Under the pieces are notes generated by a model. The model saw only the letters and a program-made list of their open reading frames with translations. It ran no database searches and was not told the DNA's origin. The position numbers were made by a program, and so were the translations under genes. A stretch of 64,000 nucleotides of DNA, taken from the IMG/VR virus record IMGVR_UViG_3300033143_006101, positions 124,001-188,000 of that record; one strand, given 5' to 3'. This document shows, one piece after another, positions 1-7,918 of the stretch (positions are counted from its first letter, which is position 1; every line of letters begins with the position of its first letter).

Positions 1-23
1 TTTTTTATTAAGGAGGAAGTATT

Positions 24-365
24 ATGACAGAGATATTAGACAATGGTCTTGAGATAGAAAAGACTTTAGTTGTTAGTACAATTCATATAATGGAAGCTGA
101 CGATGCTTTTTTTACTCAACTTCAAATTGAGCCTTTTAAATTAACACCCCCACTCATTATAGATGATTTAACATATGGTTGGTATATTTATATACCTTCT
201 GATGAGAATGATTTTAATGAGACTTGTAAATCTATTCAAGAAGATACTAGCTTGAGTGATATCTTTTTGGACTTGTTTAAATTAACACGAGAACTTGACT
301 GTCGCTATCTCAAACTAGATAGGGATGGGCCTATCGCACCTGATCTTCCCCAGGGTGATTGGTAA
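24..365 (+). CDS. hypothetical phage protein (DUF5983-like C-terminus)
   Basis: ORF with AGGAGG RBS; motifs 'LVVSTIHI', 'YGWYI' and 'YLKLDRDGP..DLP..DW'. Confidence 0.5.
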   Translation: MTEILDNGLEIEKTLVVSTIHIMEADDAFFTQLQIEPFKLTPPLIIDDLTYGWYIYIPSDENDFNETCKSIQEDTSLSDIFLDLFKLTRELDCRYLKLDRDGPIAPDLPQGDW

Positions 366-423
366 ACAACATGAAAACTTAACCTACAACTGTGGATCCA
401 TAGCAGATGTAGGGTAATTTTTT

Positions 424-633
424 ATGAGGAGGTATTATATATTGACAGATGAGCAACAGAAAAAGTATCTAGAACAGGGTGGTATTCGTTGTCCTTATTG
501 TAATAGTGTAGACATTACAACCACACAACCTGTACAAACTGATATAGGTATTGCTTGGCAGAATATTTGTTGTAACGATTGTACAGAAGAATGGACAGAT
601 GAAAATACTCTTACTAATGTAAAACCAAGTTAG
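424..633 (+). CDS. small zinc-ribbon protein
   Basis: CPYC...CNDC; true start may be the TTG at ~442 after GAGGAGG. Confidence 0.6.
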   Translation: MRRYYILTDEQQKKYLEQGGIRCPYCNSVDITTTQPVQTDIGIAWQNICCNDCTEEWTDENTLTNVKPS

Positions 634-680
634 ATTGATGCTTGCCCTGAGGCAAGCATGAGTTTAATATAGGAGGTAAT

Positions 681-968
681 ATGAATCCATACGAAAAAGA
701 AGGGTATCTTAAACCGGTAATTCCGTATGTTCAAAGAAGTCCCGAAACAGAAAAACTGCATAAAGCAGAAGAGAATATGATAGAAGCTATATTTAAAACA
801 ACACAGGCATTTAGATCAATTTTTAAAACAAAAGGACTCTATCAACATATCTGGAAAGAAGCTTTACCAGAAGTATTAGTACAGGCTCTTGAAGGTTTTG
901 ATAGACCAGCAGCAGAACTTGCAGCTATAGCTTTTCTGGAAAAACAGGGTTATACTATTACAAAATAG
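681..968 (+). CDS. hypothetical protein
   Basis: ORF with AGGAGG RBS after intergenic hairpin. Confidence 0.7.
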   Translation: MNPYEKEGYLKPVIPYVQRSPETEKLHKAEENMIEAIFKTTQAFRSIFKTKGLYQHIWKEALPEVLVQALEGFDRPAAELAAIAFLEKQGYTITK

Positions 969-976
969 GAGGTGCT

Positions 977-1336
977 ATGAAAGTACCCAATAAGAAAAAG
1001 TTAAAGAAGTTAGATGTTTTCAGAGCAACAGATCAACCAGAGGAGTGTAGTCAATGTAGTAGCCGTACTGACTTTGAGAATATAAATGAAATCCAAGAGT
1101 ACCACGAGTGTCTTAATTGCGGTTTTGAATTTATACTTGATCATACAGAGGACTACTATCATGAGTTCTCCGTCACCTTTGACATAGAAAGTACAATGGA
1201 TCCTGACGACATTCCTTATGCAGAATTGATAAGGCTCTGCGGGGATTGGCAGACTACCTGGAGAAAAATCCAGATAGAAATGCTTTCAAATATGAAGATG
1301 GAGACCCTGACAAATAGTATATTCAATATGCGGTAA
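977..1336 (+). CDS. zinc-ribbon hypothetical protein, possible frameshift near 1231
   Basis: CSQC...CLNC; the alternative frame after 1231 reads KALRGLADYLEKNPDRNAFKYEDGDPDK*. Confidence 0.55.
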   Translation: MKVPNKKKLKKLDVFRATDQPEECSQCSSRTDFENINEIQEYHECLNCGFEFILDHTEDYYHEFSVTFDIESTMDPDDIPYAELIRLCGDWQTTWRKIQIEMLSNMKMETLTNSIFNMR

Positions 1337-1385
1337 TTCTATTAATACTTGAATTACTGCACATTTATTATATTAAGGAGGTAAC

Positions 1386-1865
1386 ATGAAATATACAGTA
1401 AAAGCAGTAAAATTTTCACCTGGACATGATAGTTGCTGTATGAATTGTAACCTATATCACGGCAAGAAAAAAATTGCAAGTGTATGGGATGATTCTTATG
1501 GTGGTGGCTATCAGTATACATGGGTATCTGACGAAGAAGAAAAAGAATTTTTAAATCATGTAAAAAGCCAGCCTCAATGGGAATCAGAATTTACTAAAGG
1601 TAAAAAGTTTAATATGACTAATGATATCTATATTCATAGATTAATTAAGCAAGTTGAAAAAGAAAAAGAGGAAAAGAAAAGAATTAAACTGTATGAAAAA
1701 GCAATAGTTGTAATGACTAAAGATGACGACAGCGATTATTCTTATTTTCGCATGCCGAAAGGTAAGACAGTTGCCATGATACCCAAAGAAGTATTACGTA
1801 ATTGGGTATCCGATATTGAGAGAGATTTAAAACCCGATGAATATATTGCTAACACAAACATTTAA
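1386..1865 (+). CDS. hypothetical protein
   Basis: ORF with AAGGAGG RBS. Confidence 0.7.
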   Translation: MKYTVKAVKFSPGHDSCCMNCNLYHGKKKIASVWDDSYGGGYQYTWVSDEEEKEFLNHVKSQPQWESEFTKGKKFNMTNDIYIHRLIKQVEKEKEEKKRIKLYEKAIVVMTKDDDSDYSYFRMPKGKTVAMIPKEVLRNWVSDIERDLKPDEYIANTNI

Positions 1866-1915
1866 CTAACACACCCAAGCTACATGCTTGGGTGTGTTAG
1901 TTAACAGGAGGTACT

Positions 1916-2452
1916 ATGGTAAAAGGAACTAAAACACTTCTCGCCAGAAGAGAAGGTAAAGATTATTTCTTTACATATCTTGTAGAAGATCAAGATGAAA
2001 ATAGTTTGTATGTTCGTGCTTATCCTATAGGCGGTGGACATGAGTTTAAAATTCCCCGCAAAGATATTGTATCTATGGATGCTGTTGTACCAAGAACAAT
2101 AAGAAAGAAGAAAGTAGGATTTGACGAATCTCAATGGGGAATATATGATGCATATGTATTCGATAACAATTATTGGAATGGTTGGTTGCAGCCATTTTTA
2201 GAAAGAGAAGCAGTTAAACAATTTGTTGATGAACAAAATAAATTGGATGAAGATTACACAGACCTTGCATACCGATTTGAAAACAATGTATTATATATTA
2301 ACTATAAAGAGTACGACCAGAGCGAAGAAATAGAAGCTACTACTATTGAGTATGAAGATAAGGAAATCAAAGTATGGGATGTTTCTTTAGGACTATGCTG
2401 GATTGAATGGACCGATGAAGAGTTAGAAAATGAAGGGGGAGAAGATGTATAA
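1916..2452 (+). CDS. hypothetical protein
   Basis: ORF with AGGAGG RBS; 'YWNGWLQP' motif. Confidence 0.7.
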   Translation: MVKGTKTLLARREGKDYFFTYLVEDQDENSLYVRAYPIGGGHEFKIPRKDIVSMDAVVPRTIRKKKVGFDESQWGIYDAYVFDNNYWNGWLQPFLEREAVKQFVDEQNKLDEDYTDLAYRFENNVLYINYKEYDQSEEIEATTIEYEDKEIKVWDVSLGLCWIEWTDEELENEGGEDV

Positions 2453-3209
2453 TTTCCTTGATTTATTCTCTGGTATAGGTGCATTCCCTCTCGGTGCTCA
2501 TTGGGCAGGCATAACTTGGAAGACACATTTCAATTCTGATATTGAATCATATGCTAATGAAATATATCAGAAACGATTTCCTGACAGTATTAATATAGGA
2601 GATATAAAGCAAGCAAACATCAGAGATCTTTTACGAATAACTGGAGATTGGGTTGTTGTTGGTGGCCCTCCCTGTCCTGCTTTTAGTGTAGCAGGAAAAG
2701 GAGGAGGATTTGACCAAGATGATTTATTCTTTGACATGTTCAAAGTATGTGAAAAGATACAACCCAAGATAATTTTAATTGAGAATGTAGAAGGATTTAC
2801 AAAGTGGAAGGAGGTATTACATAATGAGATCGAAGCTATTGGATACGAGTGGGCGGACGCCATCATTGATGCAAGGGATTTTGGAATCCCTCAAGCAAGA
2901 AGAAGGTACTTTGCAATCTGTATTCGACGAGGAAACTTGTCTGGTACACAACATATATGGAGGGTTCAAGGAGAAGAAAGTAAGAGTATTCATGGATTAC
3001 TCTCCAACTTTACGAACTCCGAAAGGCGGTGGACACCTACCATCAAAACTAAAGACGGATGGAGAGATGTCTTCGCTAACGCCAGAAGAGTGCGAGCAAA
3101 TACAAGGACTCCCCATAGGATGGACCGACTCAGATGCATAGGTAATTCAATACCACCTCAGATGACAGGTGTAATATTTCTATATTTAAAACTTAAAGGA
3201 TTTTTATAG
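2445..3209 (+). CDS. C5 cytosine DNA methyltransferase, alpha subunit (motifs I-VIII and X)
   Basis: DLFSGIG (I), GPPCPAFS (IV), ENVEG (VI), PQARRR (VIII), RLRCIGNSIPP (X); motif IX absent in this frame. Confidence 0.9.
   Translation: MYNFLDLFSGIGAFPLGAHWAGITWKTHFNSDIESYANEIYQKRFPDSINIGDIKQANIRDLLRITGDWVVVGGPPCPAFSVAGKGGGFDQDDLFFDMFKVCEKIQPKIILIENVEGFTKWKEVLHNEIEAIGYEWADAIIDARDFGIPQARRRYFAICIRRGNLSGTQHIWRVQGEESKSIHGLLSNFTNSERRWTPTIKTKDGWRDVFANARRVRANTRTPHRMDRLRCIGNSIPPQMTGVIFLYLKLKGFL
2824..3141 (+). CDS. C5 methyltransferase beta subunit, nested in alternative frame (motif IX)
   Basis: SPTLRT (TRD TL-like) and LTPEECEQIQGLPIGWTD (motif IX); own RBS AAGGAGG at ~2808. Confidence 0.75.
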   Translation: MRSKLLDTSGRTPSLMQGILESLKQEEGTLQSVFDEETCLVHNIYGGFKEKKVRVFMDYSPTLRTPKGGGHLPSKLKTDGEMSSLTPEECEQIQGLPIGWTDSDA

Positions 3210-3256
3210 AAATGCTCTAGCCCGTTTGGGTTAGAGTATCTTTATAAGGAGGTATT

Positions 3257-3484
3257 ATGAGTTCTAAAATAGACAAGGAGAGGACCCAAGAGAGGGTATC
3301 GAACCTTAGATTAAGTATTCTTGATCAAGCAACCATTATACAATTACCTAAAAAATATAAAGTGGAACTATATAAGCATTCCCCCATTGCTTTTATTACT
3401 AATAAGGAAAATGGGAAAAGAACGGTAGTTCCTGTAGTTTCATTAAAGGATGTTAAACGAGCACTGTTAGAATTAGATGTGTAA
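3257..3484 (+). CDS. hypothetical protein
   Basis: ORF with AAGGAGG RBS. Confidence 0.65.
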   Translation: MSSKIDKERTQERVSNLRLSILDQATIIQLPKKYKVELYKHSPIAFITNKENGKRTVVPVVSLKDVKRALLELDV

Positions 3485-3541
3485 AATTAGTGTTGGATCC
3501 ATAACAGGTCCAGCACCAATTTTATTAGGAGGTGTAACTAA

Positions 3542-4420
3542 ATGTTATTAACTAATAGTTACTTTTCAGGTGCGGGATTATTTGAGATAGGACTCCAGCA
3601 AGGAGGACTAGCACTCCAGCAAAGCTTTGAACTTGATGAGAAGTGCTGCAATACCCACAAGCATAATTTTAATCATGCAGTAGTACAATCAGATATTACA
3701 CAGAAGTTAGCATCAGAGGAGAAAGAGTGTGATGTAATGGTTGCAACTTATCCTTGTAATAAATATTCACCCATTGCTGATATACATGGGGCACGTACCG
3801 GAGACGATTTGTTTCTACATTTCTTCAGGCATATAGCTTTGAAGAAGCCTGAGATTTATGTTGTAGAGAATGTACCCGGGATGAAAAAGTTTCCAGTAGT
3901 TATGGAAGCAATGACTAAACTACCTGATTATTATGTATCAGTATTCTGCCCAGTTGAAACCGAAAATTGGTTACCACAACGCAGGAAGAGATTGATACTG
4001 ATTGGTTCAAGACAGCACTTTCAATGGAGAGAACCAGAACAAGAAAAGAGAATTAAGCTAAAGGATATCTTAGAAGAGAATCCAGAAGTTAATATAGTCA
4101 AAGCTATTGGACAGAGAATGTCCGGTAAATATAGGGACATGCCTATCATTAGTGATCCTAAGAAGGATGATATAGCTCCCACTTGTGTAGCTCATTACTC
4201 TAAAGATTTATCTACTCGTCTTGTGAAAGATGATAGATATGAGTATGGAGTAAGACCATACAGTGTACGTGAGTACGCGAGATTGCAAGGAGTTCCTGAT
4301 TGGTTTGAGTTTACTGGAACAGCAGTCCAGAACTACAAAATGATTGGCAATGGAGTTCCCGTACCTATAGGCGAATGGGTAGCCAGAGAGTTACTCAGAT
4401 ACAAAAAACATAAGATGTAA
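3542..4420 (+). CDS. C5 cytosine DNA methyltransferase (single chain)
   Basis: SYFSGAG, YPCNKYS, ENVPG, PQRRKR, SVREYARLQGVP, IGNGVP. Confidence 0.92.
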   Translation: MLLTNSYFSGAGLFEIGLQQGGLALQQSFELDEKCCNTHKHNFNHAVVQSDITQKLASEEKECDVMVATYPCNKYSPIADIHGARTGDDLFLHFFRHIALKKPEIYVVENVPGMKKFPVVMEAMTKLPDYYVSVFCPVETENWLPQRRKRLILIGSRQHFQWREPEQEKRIKLKDILEENPEVNIVKAIGQRMSGKYRDMPIISDPKKDDIAPTCVAHYSKDLSTRLVKDDRYEYGVRPYSVREYARLQGVPDWFEFTGTAVQNYKMIGNGVPVPIGEWVARELLRYKKHKM

Positions 4421-4474
4421 TTTTATAGGGCTCCAGGATTCCCGGAGCTTTACAAACATTATAAAGGAGGCAAC

Positions 4475-4687
4475 ATGAATTTTATAGAAGTAAAATCGTC
4501 TAACATAGCATCAATTGGACATGACCCAATGACAAAGAAGATGCAAATAATATTTACTAATAGTTCTGTGTATCAATATGATGATGTAACAAAAGATGTA
4601 TTTAATGCATTTGTTAATGCTCCTTCTGTTGGAAGATACTTTCATCAGAATATAAGAAATGCATACACGAACACAAAGATCTCTTAA
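4475..4687 (+). CDS. KTSC domain protein
   Basis: VKSSNIASIGHD...YQYDDV...APSVGRYFHQNIR. Confidence 0.9.
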   Translation: MNFIEVKSSNIASIGHDPMTKKMQIIFTNSSVYQYDDVTKDVFNAFVNAPSVGRYFHQNIRNAYTNTKIS

Positions 4688-4746
4688 AGTATTAGCTATG
4701 GATCCATAGTTAGATCCATAGTCATCACTCTAATTAAGGAGGAGCC

Positions 4747-4986
4747 ATGGATATTATAGGCCAGAAGATTAAAAATGTTCGACACATGACTAAAAAAGAA
4801 TATGAGTATAATGGCTGGGAACCAAATGGGTATGATCCACCAATGGTTATTGTGCTGGAGGATGGCACGTGCCTTTATCCCTCACAAGATTATGAGGGAA
4901 AAGGTCCAGGTGCTATCTTTGGACATAGCCCTAAAGAGAAAGACCCCGAGAAAAAATTCTTTGTCTTATATATAGACAAAAAATAA
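4747..4986 (+). CDS. hypothetical protein
   Basis: ORF with RBS; 'LYPSQDYEGKGPGAIF'. Confidence 0.7.
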   Translation: MDIIGQKIKNVRHMTKKEYEYNGWEPNGYDPPMVIVLEDGTCLYPSQDYEGKGPGAIFGHSPKEKDPEKKFFVLYIDKK

Positions 4987-5040
4987 GTTTTACGAGACTC
5001 TATTCAATAGGGCCTCGCAAGATTTAAATAGGAGGAAGGT

Positions 5041-5502
5041 ATGATACAATATTCTATAAATGAAGAAGTGTGTCCTCACTGTGGAAGTGAAGACATTGAT
5101 AGTATATCACACAAACAAACTGAAGAACATTTGCAGTATCATTATAAATGTAATCAGTGTGGTGAGAAATATCTAAACTTATATACAATTAACTATCACG
5201 GTACACTATATGATGCACCACTTACATATGATGATATAAAACCACCACTCGAATATGAAGATTGTGACTGGTGGTTCTCTATGGACTTACGTCATGCATA
5301 TCCTAATAAAGAATTAGAGTATGGAAATAATACTATCGGTGATATTATAAAGAAGAAACTAAACAGAACTAAACTCAAAGGTAAGTTTGAATTAGACACT
5401 GAATATTCTTGTCTCTATATCTACTTCAAAACACAAGAGGACGGAAATTATTTCATCGATTGGATGAATAAACAACACAGTAAAAAGAAACAAATTGTAT
5501 AA
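5041..5502 (+). CDS. zinc-ribbon hypothetical protein
   Basis: CPHC...CNQC. Confidence 0.65.
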   Translation: MIQYSINEEVCPHCGSEDIDSISHKQTEEHLQYHYKCNQCGEKYLNLYTINYHGTLYDAPLTYDDIKPPLEYEDCDWWFSMDLRHAYPNKELEYGNNTIGDIIKKKLNRTKLKGKFELDTEYSCLYIYFKTQEDGNYFIDWMNKQHSKKKQIV

Positions 5503-5553
5503 GTTTTACAGGAGCCAAAAGGTTCCTGCAAGATTTAAATAAGAGGTAATAAT

Positions 5554-6135
5554 ATGAATATTAATTGGTCACTATGGGAGGTACCCAAACAGAAACACAG
5601 TTCTGCTAACACTTCGATCAATAAAACTCGTGTACCCAAGTTGTTCAAGGTGATAAAAGATAAATTTGGATGGGGATACTTACAATGGAACTTTGATATT
5701 GGTTCTGGTAAGTATATTGATACCATACGGGACTATTTACGAGAACAGTCCACCCAACTTTACTATTATGACCCATTCACAATTGACTGGGAAGATAACA
5801 GAAGAAACCTTATCACCTGTGCTACCAAAGGCGGGGCACACACAGTCACTGTTAGTAACGTGTTGAATGTTATCAAGGAGAAGAGGAATCAAACCCGAGT
5901 AATACAACAAGCACATGTTATGTTAAGACCCGGACCTAGAATAACTTCTGATGGTCGTATGGTTCCTAGCACAGCTTACTTCTCCGTGTACTCTAAACAA
6001 GGATGTGGTGTTGGTGAAGAGACTAAACCTGACTGTTGGCAGTCTAACAAAACAATACACGAATATCTCCCAGAAGTAAAAAAGATCTTTGGTAACGTAG
6101 CGATCAAGTATGGTATAATTATAGCAACCAAGTAA
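5554..6135 (+). CDS. putative class I SAM-dependent methyltransferase-like protein
   Basis: FDIGSGKY (SAM motif I-like), YDPF, SNVLNVI. Confidence 0.6.
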   Translation: MNINWSLWEVPKQKHSSANTSINKTRVPKLFKVIKDKFGWGYLQWNFDIGSGKYIDTIRDYLREQSTQLYYYDPFTIDWEDNRRNLITCATKGGAHTVTVSNVLNVIKEKRNQTRVIQQAHVMLRPGPRITSDGRMVPSTAYFSVYSKQGCGVGEETKPDCWQSNKTIHEYLPEVKKIFGNVAIKYGIIIATK

Positions 6136-6187
6136 ACGTAAGCTAACTCTATATTAGAGTTGGCTCATTTTTATTTAGGAGGATCTT

Positions 6188-6370
6188 ATGATAACAAACA
6201 CTGAAGTCAAAACTATCACCCCGATCAGTTATAATATTTGTCCTCATTGTAACACGGTGCAATTTATATATATAATATCTTATATTAAAAACAAACAAAA
6301 AGGTATTGTAATAGGTTGTAAACAATGCATAAAAGATCGAACAGAGATAAACATTAAAAAACAGTCTTAA
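6188..6370 (+). CDS. small Cys-rich protein
   Basis: CPHC...GCKQC; AGGAGG RBS. Confidence 0.55.
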   Translation: MITNTEVKTITPISYNICPHCNTVQFIYIISYIKNKQKGIVIGCKQCIKDRTEINIKKQS

Positions 6371-6417
6371 GCCTGTTTAAAATAGACAGGCTTAATATTA
6401 TTTTAGGAGGTAATATT

Positions 6418-6615
6418 ATGTTAGCTATAGGAACAGTAACAAACGTAACAGCAACAGGATTAAATTCAGTAGAATTACAACGTAATGGAAAAATATTAGG
6501 AACATGGAATTGTGATGTGAACATTCCTTATCCACATCTATATAGATTTGAAGAACAAGATCAATTCTGTTACCCAGTAGATTTAAATACTATAGAACAA
6601 CAAATGGAGGACTAA
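6418..6615 (+). CDS. hypothetical protein
   Basis: ORF with AGGAGG RBS. Confidence 0.6.
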   Translation: MLAIGTVTNVTATGLNSVELQRNGKILGTWNCDVNIPYPHLYRFEEQDQFCYPVDLNTIEQQMED

Positions 6616-6616
6616 T

Positions 6617-6994
6617 ATGACTGAACTTACATTTACTAAAAGAGTCATAACCCAACTAGAACAATCTTATAGCAAAGAGATTAGTTTAATAAATTATGTT
6701 GAAGATAGGAATTGGGGAATGTTTACAAAAGCTGGTGATAAATCCATAACTAATAAAGCCTTGGGTTTGATTAAGAAATTGGAGAAGGCTAAAACAACAA
6801 CTCAAAAGTTTAATGCTCTTACAGCATTCTTACGCTCGTATCGTCGAATGGGCTCCACTAAAACAATGAGTGAAGCATCTGATACAGCTGTTAGAGAATG
6901 TGTAGGATCCTTCTTTGACAAAGTTTGTATTGCAGTTGGCATAGGCCAAAGCACTGCTGATGAAATTTGGGAAAGTCCTGAGAGTGGTTATTAA
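6617..6994 (+). CDS. hypothetical protein
   Basis: ORF with GGAGG RBS. Confidence 0.7.
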   Translation: MTELTFTKRVITQLEQSYSKEISLINYVEDRNWGMFTKAGDKSITNKALGLIKKLEKAKTTTQKFNALTAFLRSYRRMGSTKTMSEASDTAVRECVGSFFDKVCIAVGIGQSTADEIWESPESGY

Positions 6995-7047
6995 AATACC
7001 CTAGCCCCTTCCAGGGGTCTGGGCAATTTAATAAAGGAGATGATATT

Positions 7048-7072
7048 AAAAAACCCTTCCGTTAGGAAGGGT
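7048..7072 (-). terminator. intrinsic terminator
   Basis: acccttcc-taac-ggaagggt followed by T-run on minus strand. Confidence 0.75.
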
Positions 7073-7152
7073 CTACCCGTTTATCTCACAATCTCGGAAA
7101 CAGGAGGTTTCGGTTTGTAAGCGGGACAATATCACAAGAGAATTTTGAGTTA
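7048..7152 (-). ncRNA. candidate ~105-nt small RNA with anti-SD (CCUCCU) hairpin
   Basis: Flanked by a TTGACT-17-TATATT promoter and an intrinsic terminator; no ORF; hairpin gaaac-CUCCU-guuuc. Confidence 0.55.
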
Positions 7153-7159
7153 TATATAA

Positions 7160-7188
7160 AATATAATGGGACATAAGATAAAAGTCAA
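7160..7188 (-). promoter_or_regulatory. sigma70-type promoter
   Basis: TTGACT-17 bp-TATATT. Confidence 0.6.
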
Positions 7189-7241
7189 CAATTTTTTTCA
7201 TTTTGTATAAAAAAATAAGTAACTTTTTTGTGGTTTTTTTG

Positions 7242-7269
7242 TTGACAAATCGCTTATTTTTTTTATATT
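7242..7269 (+). promoter_or_regulatory. sigma70-type promoter (divergent from previous)
   Basis: TTGACA-16 bp-TATATT with AT-rich upstream region. Confidence 0.6.
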
Positions 7270-7352
7270 AATAGGTGACATATAAAAAGAATGGAGATGC
7301 TGGTCACAAACTAGCAACATTATATTAATTTAAATTTAATAGGAGGGTAATT

Positions 7353-7856
7353 ATGAGCAAATTACCTGAACCTACTATAGACACAGTTAAGTCTAGAGTA
7401 GAAACGAATCTGCTTAATGATGGGTTTTTGCATCCATATGCTATTCTATGCACATTTAAAGATAAAAATGTTGGAGTGGGAATAAGCACTCCTCATAATA
7501 CAGATACAAAAACAATTAATGTATCTAGATTATTGGTAGCTTTAGATCAAATTGAGACATATAAAGTATTATTGATACATGAAGCATGGAAATATATTAA
7601 ACCAGATAACATGGATGAAACAGAATTTGCAGAAACTATGAAAGACAAAGCGATGTGTGAATTCTTAGATAAGAGAGAAGGATATATGATAACTGAGGTA
7701 ACAAGAGACAGTGTTAAGACAGGCGTAAGAGAATATCATAAAACAGAATATGATACTATAGGTTTTGTGGGAGATTTACTAATCACTAATGATAATGAAA
7801 AAGCATCTCCTTATGGATATGAGCAGATCCAGGATAAATTAGTAACAAGAAATTAA
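7353..7856 (+). CDS. hypothetical protein
   Basis: ORF with AGGAGG RBS downstream of promoter. Confidence 0.7.
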   Translation: MSKLPEPTIDTVKSRVETNLLNDGFLHPYAILCTFKDKNVGVGISTPHNTDTKTINVSRLLVALDQIETYKVLLIHEAWKYIKPDNMDETEFAETMKDKAMCEFLDKREGYMITEVTRDSVKTGVREYHKTEYDTIGFVGDLLITNDNEKASPYGYEQIQDKLVTRN

Positions 7857-7918
7857 GTTACATGAACGGTTGGACGCAGGAGGGTTCGATTCCCTCCCGT
7901 TTGAATGGAGGTAAATAT

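Larger units (their letters stand above)
380..7030 (+). repeat. array of ~11 intergenic stem-loops, each between a stop codon and the next RBS
   Basis: e.g. 638-659 atgcttgcc-ctga-ggcaagcat; 1863-1903 perfect 18-bp stem; others near 381, 3212, 3483, 4420, 4695, 4984, 5500, 6140, 6368, 6998; no U-tract follows. Confidence 0.8.

Noticed and set aside
380-7030. CRISPR array or canonical integron attC array
   Set aside because: Hairpins are not identical repeats, the spacers are whole genes, I could not find consistent RYYYAAC/GTTRRRY ends, and there is no cas or intI gene in the window
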